In this document: positions 1-10,620 of the stretch, one piece after another
How the letters are laid out: every line of letters begins with the position of its first letter
Numbering within the stretch: the stretch's first letter is position 1
Origin: Octopus sinensis
Lineage: Eukaryota
DNA length: 64,000 nucleotides
Direction: 5' to 3'
Assembly (NCBI RefSeq): GCF_006345805.1
Contig: NC_043012.1
Span: 32,054,001-32,118,000 of the forward strand
Made by a program: the position numbers and the translations under genes
Notes under the pieces: generated by a model
Told to the model about the DNA's origin: nothing
The model's input: only the letters and a program-made list of their open reading frames with translations
Databases searched by the model: none

Positions 1-3000
1 CAGCTGTACTCTTCGTGTACCTGACAACAGCTGTTCGGCATAAACCCACACTTCAGACACGTCCGGACAATGAACAATAGCGTGCGGGACATTTCCCTAT
101 CTCGCCCGCATCTTGGACATATCGGACTGTCTTGGCCACCGTGCCTTGCGAGTTTATCCCGAACAGGTAGAGCTCCTCTGTAGCATTGCCATGCCAGAGA
201 CTTCTGGAAGTTGTCCAGTGTCCTCGGCTTCAACGTACGTCGGAACAGACTGGCCAGCTGATTATCGTCGAGACCTAGGGTTTCCCCCAAGGTATCTTCA
301 CATTTCGCCTCTACCAACCCTCTATAGAAGAATGTGGTGGAACCCCCACTGCAGGCGTTGCCCGAGCGACGGAATAGCAGGAGAGCCTTGCGACACTCCG
401 TGTACCAAGTGCCAAGTTTCGATCTACGATTCAGCCAGGTTTCCCATCCACCGAAACTAGTGAACTTGGGAAACATCAGTTTTGCTAGCGGAGACCACAC
501 CCGTTCACCATCCAGATAGAGCCACAGATGTCTTAACCTCAGCGCATGTCTGCGCATCATCAGCCAAGGCATCCCTAGCCCACCCTTTAACGGTTGTTGA
601 CAGCAAGTAGAGCGTTTCACAAGTGGTTTCCCGCCCTTCCACAAGAAGTAGAAGAGCTGTCTTTCCAACTTGATCAACCACGTATCAGGGCAAGGAACGA
701 CGGAAAGGCGGTAGGTGATAACCGATGCGATAAACACATTGGCCACCTCCGTCCTCCCTTTCAGGGATAGCCACCGCCAAGACCAGGTCTTGGTTACTGC
801 AGCCACCCTGCTCGTTACCTCGTCCCAATTCTTCTCTATTTGGAGGTCTGGACCGAACCAGACCCCTAGCAATTTAATCGGACCCTCCGTCCAACGTCCC
901 ACGACGCTGTCAGGAGGCATTGACTTGCCTCTCCAGGTGCCGAGTTGCAAGCCGACTGACTTTTCGCGATTAACTTTTGCTCCTGTCACCGTCTCGTAAA
1001 CCTCTATGGCCTTGCCTACTTTACATAGGTGGTCCATTTCCGTTACGATGATGGTGATGTCATCCGCGTACGCTGACACCGATTTTCTACTACCTGGCTG
1101 TCTCGGGATGCCGCTCAGTTTTCGCAGTAATGGCTCAAGAGCCATCACATACAAAAGCGGGGAGAGCGGACCCTTGACGAACCGAGCGCTTGATTTTGAA
1201 CGGCTTCGACAAGAAGCCGTTCACCCGAACTACCGAGTCGATGTTATCGAAATTTGGATAATACACCTGAGGAAGAAGCAAATCTCAGCCCGAACTGTGC
1301 CAGGGCAGACACCATGTAACGATGGTCGACCCTATCAAATGCTTTAGATTGGTCTAAATGGATCAGTGCCCCACCCTTGCCAGAATCACTATTAAACCCC
1401 TCTATAGTGTACCGCATTAGATGGAGATTATCCTGAATGGTTCTGCCTGGAACGGCACATGTCTGTGCCTCCCCGATCAGACCATCCGCGACACGCGCCA
1501 ATCTTTTCGATAACACTTTGGCCAAAATCTTCAACTCTGTGTTTAGAGTGATGGGCCTGAAATTATCAATGCACTCCCCCTTGCTCGGGTCCTTTCTGAC
1601 GAGTGTCACTACTCCCCGGCGCACAGATCTGGGTATAAGCCCGTTCTGCTGCTAGTTCGCATAGACCTCCGCCAGTAGGTGCCAGAACAAGTCTGGCATA
1701 CTCTTATATAACTCATAGGGTAGACCATCCAAACCCGGCGCCTTGCCCGGGCCGCAGTCCGCCATTGCCTCAACCACCTCCTCAGGCGTGATTGGCCCTT
1801 CACAGCCCTCCGCATCTCGCCCCGATAAGCGCGGCAGCCCGTCGAGTAGGTCCGTAAAGGCCCTCCTCCTATCCAGTCCGCCGCACTCACCGAAAAGCTG
1901 AGCGAAGTGCTCCTGAAAGGCCTCACACATCTCCTCGGGCTCGTTTATCAACTCACCTTGTTGGTTCGTCAAAGATCGAATCGTGGCATCGTTACCTTGC
2001 TGTGCTTCCGCCACTCGGGCCCATCTCACGGCGTTGATTCCTTCACATCCCATATGGCGGATCCTAGCCCTGACAATGCAGCCCATGTGTTTGGCCTCGA
2101 GGTGCTGGTTTAACACCAGTCTCTTGGACGCCACCTGAGCCGCAGAGCCAGTTTTCAAGGCTTCCTCTAATTCCTTAACTAGAGTAGTTTCCCTTCTAGC
2201 CTCTCTAGCCACTACTCCTCTGCTATATCTAATAGACTCAAACTTGATGGCTCGTTTGAGGGCGTACCACCATTTGTTATTAATGATGGTACCAGATAGT
2301 GCCCTCTGAATTATATCCCTAATCCGGTCTTTGTACTCCTTAATCGCCAAAAGGGACGTATTAAGTTTCCAGTAACCGGATCCTCTATTTTTAACCTTAT
2401 CTATGTCAAGCTTACAGGTGACCATTTTATGATCACTGTAGCTGATCGGGTAAAACTGTGGACACTTAGCTATTTTTGTCTACTTTTCTAATTAGTATTC
2501 TATCTAAATATGACCTGGAAGATCCGTCGCTGTTTGACCATGTCCACAATGGAGCGTTCGGAAATTCCATCCTATAAGGATCTGCTAGCTCAAAGCGGCT
2601 TAGCAGATCCATGAAGCCACTGTTACCTTTTCTATCTGAACGCGAGCCAACACAATCTACATCCGCTTTGCAAATTGTGTTAAAGTCTCCTAGCACAACT
2701 AATGAATGTGAAGTACCAAGAAAGTTTTCTAGTTCACGAAAATAATCACTTTGCCCTGTACTGTTGGGTGCGTAAATTGCAACCAGTCTGATAACTTTAC
2801 CGTTACTGAACGTCAAATCCATGACGACCAGCCTACCTTCTGGATCTGCAAAAATTAACTTTTTCTCAGAAACCCGGTTTCTTTTTATTAGGACCAACAC
2901 CCCACTTCCGCCAGTAGAACTGCCAGGAGAGAAACTCTCGTAGCCGTCAAACAGCGGGAGTAGACCCCTTGGCCCCTCTAACCGGGTTTCTGTAGCAACA

Positions 3001-3104
3001 ATAACATCTAAATTACGCGACCTGATATCATGCAGGAAGCGACCTTACTTCCAGCCTGCTCCCAGGCCGCGCACATTCAAACAACCAACATAAATGTAAT
3101 CCAT
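1..3104 (-). pseudogene. ORF2 of Tx1/L1-like LINE: APE endonuclease + reverse transcriptase, disrupted
   Basis: Start MDYIYVGCLNVRGL (ATG 3104). EN motifs ATET, AIYAP, LGDFN, SYLDRIL, SDHKMV; linker GYWKLNTSLL; KAPGLDGLPYELY; FRPITL; LDQSKAFDRVDH; RQGSPLSPLLY; YADD at 1070-1059; C-terminal CPRC..H..HC near 130-60. Confidence 0.92.
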
Positions 3105-3113
3105 TACTTACCT

Positions 3114-4428
3114 TTATATCAGTGGTTCGGTTTTTTCTTTTTCTTCTTTGTTTATCTCTTTTCCTGGGCCTCGTGGGGGAGTCTGACGTAGGCCCTCGAA
3201 TATATATGGAGATGTTAAATCCATTCTGAACGGGCCTACGTCATGAAAGAATTCGGACTTTATCCGCCCGTAATCCTTCCGGCCTATTCTGTAAACTATA
3301 TAGTCATTCTTTTTTCCTATTTTTTCCACTTTGGCCATAGCTGCCAACACGTTCCCGAGTCTGTTGTTTGATGCCTTAACGGCCATATATGAGTTCATCG
3401 ACTCTCTTTTCTTCTTTTGGATCACTCTTGGAGGGGTGGTTTCCGTTTTTCTTTTTTTTTCTGGTGATTTTTGACCACCCTTCCTCATGGCTCTTTTTTT
3501 CCTCTGCCGCTGGTTCTGCTGCCTCTGTCACTTCCACACCTTCAGTCGTCCCTTCTGGGCCGCCCGGCGCTGCTTCTGGTGACACTTCATCTTCTTTTTC
3601 ACCTGGCTGAGGTGCTTCCTGCGGTTTGGGTTGGGGTTGGCATTCCGCCCTTACATGACCCTTCTTGCTGCAGCCGAAGCACCTCGGCTTTCTGCCCTCT
3701 ACGAAAACTGTTATTCTCTCTTCACTTATTTTAAGGGTTTCTGGAATCTCCTCCAGTGTTTGGATTTCTGCCTGAATGGCTATTACTATCCGCTGCTCTT
3801 TCCAGAATTCCTCCTCCTCTACTGTGGCCTGGAGGATGTTTATTTTTTCCTCCAGACCTACCATTACTGCTGCCACCAGACATTCGGCATCTGCCTCTGG
3901 CGGAATGTTATTCATCGTGATTTTCGATGTTCTTTTTCCTCTATACAAGGGGAGGAGAACAATGTTCTCCGCTTTTATTGGCTCCATCGACAGTTTTTTT
4001 TGCTATCTCCTCTGTTGTGAAACGTACCTCTACTGTACCTCTACTCTGATGTATGTGATCTTGTCCATTAATGGTTTTAAACAATTCTCGATTTTTTTTT
4101 CCTCAATTTTTTGTATCATTTTGGTTGTCGTATTAAAGGTCTTATAGATTATTCTTTTTTCGATTTCCTCATGTTTTTGGGCGTTTGAGACCACTGTCAC
4201 TTCCGTGCCCTCTTTTGTAACACAGTCCGCATATTTCTTTAAGTCATCTACGTTTATTTTTTTGATTTTCTTACCAGCTACTTCTGAGAATTTTTTTGCT
4301 GGTGTTTCCTTTTTCTTTGGCGCCACCGCCTCTTTTTTCTTTGGCCCCACCGCCTCTTTTTTTCTTGGCGACACCGCCGGAGATTCTTCTTCACTAGATA
4401 CGGGAGAATATGAGATGGGGGATTCCAT
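3114..4428 (-). pseudogene. ORF1 (gag-like, single CCHC zinc knuckle) of element B, frameshifted
   Basis: Pieces 4030-4428, 3376-3987 and 3114-3488. Contains VEGRKPRCFGCSKKGHVRAEC (CX2CX4HX4C). Stop TAA at 3116-3114, 9 nt before the ORF2 ATG. Confidence 0.8.
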
Positions 4429-4653
4429 CTCGAACAACTGGCTTAACAAGCCCTTGGTAAATCCAAGATAAATGATATTTTTCCCCCACGGAGGGGGGAA
4501 CACCACCACGAAGTCCTCGCACGAAGGCTGACTTCAACAGTTGTACAACAAAAACAGACAAATAGACACACAGTAGAAAATAACGTAGAAAATATACACT
4601 AAGGAAAATTGTAATAAATCACTACACATGTGGATTGCGTTCCGCCATGTTGA

Positions 4654-6292
4654 TTCTTTATTACCCACTAGGGGCTACATAGAGGGGACGTTACAAACAT
4701 TGGGGACATAGAACATCACAATTACATATGAGTAAAATGAATTATGAAAATGATATGAAAGCGGTGCCAACGGCCCCATCCGCTAGCACCACTTACCTGT
4801 CCTTTTGTTTTCACTGTCACCTGAATGTTCATTCCCAATACGAAGACCATCCATATCCATTCTTACTCCGAAATACTCCTCCATATTTTCCACGAATTCA
4901 TCGCTCATTCTTGTATCTTTCACCTCCCAATTCTCCCTTTCACACCTCAACGCAAACTCATCTATATTCTTCTTTTCCAGCACTGCATATCTGGTTCCAT
5001 CCATTTCATACCATTTATACTCCTCCATTACCCTTTTCACTTCTTTCTGTTCAGTCATAATATAAATGTTCGGCCTGGGTTCGATTTCAAACTCTTGTCT
5101 GTCTGTATTATTTTTTTTCTTTTGTTTTCTTGTTGGAGGGGAGCGGGTGGGTTCACTGTCTGCAGGGATAGGGTGGGTCTCAGAGGGTGTGGGTGGTGTT
5201 GGGGTGGATTGGTGTTCTATGTTATTTTCTTTTCCTCGTATTCTTCTCTTCCTCTTATTCCCAGCTTCTTTCCATTTCTGTGAATTTTCTTCTACCGTCT
5301 CCTTCTCCTCTGGTTTCTGCTTCTCTCTCTGTGGTTCGGAATCCATTTCTTTCACTGGGGGAGGGCAGAAGGCTCTTATGTGACCCCTCAGGTCACACTT
5401 GTAACAACGTGGAGCTCTGCCCTCCACCCACACTCTCATGATCACGTCTCCCAATCTGATGCTTTCCGCCAGGTCCACCAGTACCTCGTTCTCTGCCTGC
5501 ACGTTCAGCTCCACTGTTACGCCTCTCCAGCCCTCGGTCTTAACCGAGGCATGGAGAATATCCACTTCCTCCTCGTGGCCACTGATCACAGCCGCCACAA
5601 TCCACTCGGCCTCAACGTTTGGTGGCACTCCCTCGACCCTTACTCGTGTAATTTTTCTGTTTAAATACGTAGGCAAAAGTGTTACCTTTTCGGATTTCAC
5701 CGCCTTCGCCGCCATCTTCCTTGCTGCATTCTCACTTTTAAAATGTACCACTACAGTACCATACTTTGATCCTCGAGTCAGAAAATTAAATTCCTCCTCC
5801 GTTCTTCTCAGCGCCTCCTCTATCCACTCCATGTTTACAACTTCTATCTTCCTTTCGTTTGCGAACACCCTGTATATAATGGTCCTTTTATCATACCATT
5901 CCTTTCTCTTGGGTGTCGGTGCTAGTTCGACCTCACCGCTATCCTTTTTCATATATTTCTGGTAACTTGGCAGCTTGGCCAAGTCCACCCCTTTCTCTTC
6001 CGCCTTCTTGGTTACACCGGCATAACCCAGCTTTCGATCCATCATTCTCACTGCCTGTTCCAGTTCCTCCTCAGACGTAGACAAGTCTGATAGGGAATCA
6101 AAGTCCATTTCCTTCTGTCTGATAGACCGCAAACGGCCGCCCGAACAGAAAGTGCAACTCGCAGAACCAGTGCAACGCGAAACCGCATCAACGACGTTCA
6201 AAATTTCTACAACAACCACAATACTTTTTGTTCTTTTTTCTTTTTTAACCGAATTTTACAGAGCGCAAAAAAACACGACCGCCTGTGTGAAA
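4654..6292 (-). mobile_element. Non-autonomous ORF1(gag)-only Tx1-like element (element A)
   Basis: Short 5' leader, intact ORF1, about 130-nt 3' UTR ending GTCCCCTCTATGTAGCCCCTAGTGGGTAATAAAGAA. No ORF2. 5' boundary approximate. Confidence 0.7.
4783..6108 (-). CDS. Intact gag-like ORF1 protein (441 aa) with CCHC zinc knuckle
   Basis: Open frame from MDFDSLSDLS (ATG 6108). Contains VEGRAPRCYKCDLRGHIRAFC. Alignable by eye with element B ORF1 (LLPTY..K/LLPLY..K, PP..AE..VAAV). Confidence 0.8.
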   Translation of the reverse strand: MDFDSLSDLSTSEEELEQAVRMMDRKLGYAGVTKKAEEKGVDLAKLPSYQKYMKKDSGEVELAPTPKRKEWYDKRTIIYRVFANERKIEVVNMEWIEEALRRTEEEFNFLTRGSKYGTVVVHFKSENAARKMAAKAVKSEKVTLLPTYLNRKITRVRVEGVPPNVEAEWIVAAVISGHEEEVDILHASVKTEGWRGVTVELNVQAENEVLVDLAESIRLGDVIMRVWVEGRAPRCYKCDLRGHIRAFCPPPVKEMDSEPQREKQKPEEKETVEENSQKWKEAGNKRKRRIRGKENNIEHQSTPTPPTPSETHPIPADSEPTRSPPTRKQKKKNNTDRQEFEIEPRPNIYIMTEQKEVKRVMEEYKWYEMDGTRYAVLEKKNIDEFALRCERENWEVKDTRMSDEFVENMEEYFGVRMDMDGLRIGNEHSGDSENKRTGKWC

Positions 6293-6434
6293 ATCTTTTT
6301 TCTCTACATTGAATACTTTATAGACAATAGTCTTTTCTTTAATTTAATTTTTTATTATCCATCTGGACTATTCCATTTCTGCACGCTAATTTTATTTTTA
6401 ATTTATTCATGTAATACTGAAATAGTGGAGAAGA

Positions 6435-6610
6435 TATGATATTGCTATGGGCTCGCTCTAGGCAAGAAGTTGAACATTTTTTTTTGCCGATGACACTCCC
6501 GGACCCTTAGTAAGGCATGTGTAAAATTTGAATGAAATTGGTTGTGTAGTTCTCAAGTTTTAGGGAAACACACACAGGCACACATTCTCAGTTTTATATA
6601 TATAAAGATA
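6435..6610 (-). mobile_element. Short non-autonomous Helitron/DINE-like fragment
   Basis: Minus strand begins ATCTTTATATATATAAAACTGAGAATGTGTG..CCAATTTCATTCAAATTTTACAC, the usual non-autonomous Helitron 5' pattern. Confidence 0.4.
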
Positions 6611-6893
6611 CCTGTCGTAAACCCGAGAGTTGCTAAGCAGATTACACTGTGACACGATGTTTGTCCTTGGGTAGTAATTTTTATCTCCTGTTTGCTTACC
6701 CCTGGAAAGTATGAATATGGCTAATAATTCCTTCAAATTTTGCTTTTGTTACATTTATTCAAACCCCAAAGAATTCCTCTCAACACATGGCTAAGATGCT
6801 GCCCCACTCCTCCTGCTTATGATCAGATATGAACTTTGTCAGCCTACAAAGGGACATCTTCAAATGGTTAATGTCAAGCAACTGACATACAAA

Positions 6894-7285
6894 TCTCTAT
6901 CTCGATATATATAAAGCTGAAGGTGTATGGCAGGTTTGGTAGCCTTCAACTAACACTATCTCCTCCGAGACCCTGCGGCGCATGTTGACCAAAATTGAAA
7001 GTATGATAGAAGAACGCTTGCTCTTCCTTCCGTAGAAGAAAAAATTCAAATCGGACCATGTTAACACCAAAAATTATTTACATCAAAAAGGGGCTTTTTT
7101 TTCAATGAAAATCCCTATTTTTTACGATTTTTGACTGCTATGTTGCCATTTTTTGGTGTATTTCAACCAGAAAAATGTTCACTTAAAGAGAATAACAAGC
7201 TACATAATGCAAAATTTTTACTATTCAAAAATTCCAATTCTAAAGGGTCGAAACAAATCCGAGCAACGCCGGGCGATACTGCTAG
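6894..7285 (+). mobile_element. Non-autonomous Helitron
   Basis: 5' TC..TATATATAAAGCTGAAG; 3' CCGAGCAACGCCGGG hairpin then CTAG|T. Near-identical copy at 11553-11948 on the minus strand. Confidence 0.8.
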
Positions 7286-7994
7286 TCTGTGATATTGAGG
7301 AAAATGTTTGCTATAACGATATTTCTTCTTCAGCAACTCAGCGCTAAATATGTCTGAAATGTAATGGAAAATAGGTCAGCTTCGAAACATTGATGTCCGG
7401 ATCACAAAAGTAAAGTGTGAAGGGAATAGTAGTCATTTCCTTTGATCTCTAGGCAGATGCAAATAGGAAATAACACTTACTGACCAAAGACAAGAAAAAA
7501 AATTTTGTAAGTGCTATTCCCCACCCCCGCTTTCTCTCTCTTCTCTCTCTCCCTTTCTCTCTCTCTCTTCATCCACCTTGCCTATAGGCATCGGCGACCA
7601 TAGACTGCCGTGCCAATGTCTGAAGATTCAGGATTTTTCTTCAGAAAGAAACAGTAGCAGTTTCCCGTTATTTCTGTCGACGGTTGATTTGCAACTTACT
7701 CTTATTAGTCTCCTACCCACCCGAGTTTGCCCTTGGGGCACAGGGTCTCTTTCACTATTAGGCAAGGTGACTTGTACTCGTGAAATCAGGGCATGTTCAC
7801 GCACCAGTGGGTTTGGGTGGCACATACTTATCTAGGGGACAGCTTTCCCTTAAGTCCAATATATCTTAGCCCCAATACTATACTCTAATAGTTGACCCAT
7901 AACTGAGGATCTTGGTAAGTACTGCAATCCCGGCTGTGAGTGGGCCCGGGAGGCTGAATTCCTGAGCAGGTGCCTTACCACCCGATGCAGTTTA

Positions 7995-8225
7995 ATGTCA
8001 AGATTATTTTATCGTTTATCTTTCTTACTTTTTTCAGTCATTTGACTGTGGCCATGTTGGGGCACTGCCTTGATGAGTTTTAGTCGAGCAAAGTGACCCT
8101 AGGCTTATTTTTTAAGCCTAGTACTTACTCTATCGGTCTTTATTGAACCACTAAGTTACAGGGACGTAAACACGCCATGACCGGTTGTCAAGTGGTTGTG
8201 GAGGACAAAGAGAGACACAGACACA
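7995..8225 (-). mobile_element. SINE family O, 3' half
   Basis: Reverse complement of ...CAGCATGGCCACAGTCAAATGACTGAAA tail and CTTAGTGGTTCAATAAAAGACCGATAG body. Confidence 0.75.
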
Positions 8226-8273
8226 CACGCACGCACATGCACACACACACACACACACACAATATATATATAT

Positions 8274-8553
8274 ATCACGTCACGTGACCGACCATGCTAT
8301 CAGATGTTGCTACACACCGCTGGTCACAATGCGCTTGGCATTGTTTTAGCCTTCAAATGATGCCACCCCGCTGGCTAAGCGAGCAAGCCAACAGAAGAAA
8401 GAGTGAGAGAAAGTTGTGGCGTAAGAGTAGAGCAGGGGTCACCACCACCTCCTGCCGGAGCCTCGTGGAGCTTCTTAGGTGTTTTCGCTCAGTAAACACT
8501 CACAACGATCCTACGACCGCGAGTCCGCTGCCCTTACCACTGGGCCATTGCGC

Positions 8554-8556
<3 letters not shown>
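8274..8556 (-). mobile_element. tRNA-derived SINE family N with RTE-type tail
   Basis: Head GCGCAATGGCCCAGTGGTAAGGGCAGCGGACTCGCGG (A-box). Tail GTGACCAGCGGTGT..TGGTCGGTCACGTGACGTGAT. Confidence 0.75.
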
Positions 8557-8597
<41 letters not shown>

Positions 8598-8979
8598 ATA
8601 TTGATATTGATATTGATATATATATATTGATATTGACATTGACACTGCCGTAACATACGGCATTTCTTGGACATCTAAACCGAGCGAAACCTAGCGCTCT
8701 CCAGATCGAACCAGAGACAATTCCTCCGAGAGGTGGGGGAGAACAAATGAACCCCAATACTGAACTAGTATTTTATTGAAATAATGAAAGACAAAGTTGA
8801 CCTAGGTAGGATTTAAACTCAGAGCGCAGTGTACCACTGAAACTAATCAGTCCGATTCCCAATAGTTTGCCAATTTGCCGTTTTAAATTTCTTCAGTGGT
8901 TCAGTGTATACAGATTATTTAATATCGTGTGCTCACTACATGTCTAATTCTATAGATTCATTTTGTGCTTAAAGTCGCA

Positions 8980-9167
8980 TATTCACTCTGTTTAATGCCA
9001 TGTACTCACTCTGTATTTATGCCGCGTACTCATTCTGTTTAATGCCCGTACTCACTATGTTTAATGCCGAGCACTCACTGTTTGATAACGTGTACTCACT
9101 CTGATTAATACCATGTACTTACAATATTTTTATGCCGTGTACTCACTCACTTTAATGCTGTGTACTC
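8980..9167. repeat. About 23-bp minisatellite (GTACTCACTCTGTTTAATGCC-like), 8-9 degenerate copies
   Basis: Repeated GTACTCACT...TTTAATGCC units with no unique spacers. Confidence 0.75.
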
Positions 9168-9774
9168 GTTGTCATATTCTGGAATTTCTCGATGTTTAGA
9201 ACTAACTTTTAGTCCGGAGAGAGAGTTAGTGCCCATGGTCCTTTACAAGGCCTCCAAGAGTGATGAACGGGAAGGAAGAAGGTATTTTCAAACTGGGGGT
9301 CTGGTCTGAATGCTTGCAACAGAGTATAATCCGCTAAAAGCACTTAAGGTGCCGGGTGGTGGTGTAAAGCAGATAGATTAGTCACCCAAGTAGTCTATGG
9401 GAGGATCTGAACTCAGAACGCAAAGTGAAACATATACTGCAAGTGATCCAGTCCAACATTGTTACAGTTCTGTCAATCTACCGTCCTGAATTGGTACTTT
9501 TATCGACCCGAAACGATGAACAATAACAGCGAGATTTTGAACACAGAACAAATATCTGCTTTAAATGGATTCCATTAAGGTGTCTGGAGATGCAGAACAA
9601 GGCACCGGATTAAATTTGCATCCGCCTAAAAATAAGTCATAGTAAGTTCTGATGTCTACCACCCAAGGAAGCGATGATGAGCTTTCATTATCCTTATCCA
9701 GTTTATAATAATCTCGTTGAAACAACGCAAGAAAGAGATACGAAGTTCAAACGGTTCGGAACATGTTTTGCATT

Positions 9775-9965
9775 CTTTTTAAACATTTCGTCTGCCGTTA
9801 CGTTCTGAGTTCAAATTCCGCTGAGGTCGACTTTGCCTTTCATCCTTTCGGGGTCGATAAATTAGTACCAGTTGCACACTGGGGTCGATGTAATCGACTT
9901 AATCCGTTTGTCTGTCCTTGTTTGTCCCCTCTGTGTTTAGCCCCTTGTGGGCAATAAAGAAACAG
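9775..9965 (+). mobile_element. SINE family M (5'-truncated)
   Basis: GAGTTCAAATTCC B-box, core GCCTTTCATCCTTTCGGGGTCGATAAA, tail GCCCCTTGTGGGCAATAAAGAA. Confidence 0.8.
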
Positions 9966-10385
9966 ATATTAATTTAGGTCTCCTTGTTTGCAACATCTGT
10001 GTATGTACGCTTTTCTCTTTGCTCAATAAAGCTAAACGTGTTCGCTGTCTATTCCAAATTTACATCAAAAATAGTCTTTTAAATTAGTCTGAACAAACTG
10101 GATGAAAGTCCTCGCTCTTTGCATATTTAATCATCACAAAATATGGGAAATTCGGGATTTAATTGAGTCAATTTAAAATACGCATACGAGGCATAAATTG
10201 TGCATGTGTCAGAGATTTTAAAAGATTTTAAAATCCGATACGTGATAGTATTAAGATGCTAATGTTAAAGATATATTCCATTGAATGGGATATAAACGAT
10301 ATATTCCATTGAAAATAAATGTTAACATTACATTGCTTTGGTCTTGTTGAATATTAGAGGGGTCACTAAACCAACAATTAACGAG

Positions 10386-10620
10386 CAGGAGTGGCTGTGT
10401 GGTAAGTAGCTTGCTTACCAACCACATGGTTCCGGGCTCATTCCCATTGCGTGGCACCTTGGGCAAGTGTCTTCTACTATAGACTTGGGTCGACCAATGC
10501 CTTGTGAGTGGATTTGGTAGACGGAAACTGAAAGAGGCCCGTCGTGTGTGTATGTGTGTTCGACTAAAGGCAGTGCTCCATCATGGCCGCAGTCAAATGA
10601 CTGAAACAAGTAAAAGAGAG
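10386..10620 (+). mobile_element. tRNA-derived SINE family O (internally deleted)
   Basis: GGAGTGGCTGTGTGGTAAG head; GGCAGTGCTCCATCATGGCCGCAGTCAAATGACTGAAAC tail. Confidence 0.75.

Larger units (their letters stand above)
1..4653 (-). mobile_element. Tx1/L1-clade non-LTR retrotransposon (element B), degenerate, 3' end outside window
   Basis: Contains a 5' UTR, ORF1 with a CCHC knuckle and ORF2 with APE endonuclease, RT and C-terminal Cys motif, in the normal L1-clade order. Multiple stops and frameshifts. Confidence 0.9.

Noticed and set aside
113-2113. Plus-strand ORFs over the LINE
   Set aside because: Antisense shadows of GC-rich ORF2 with no recognisable motifs.
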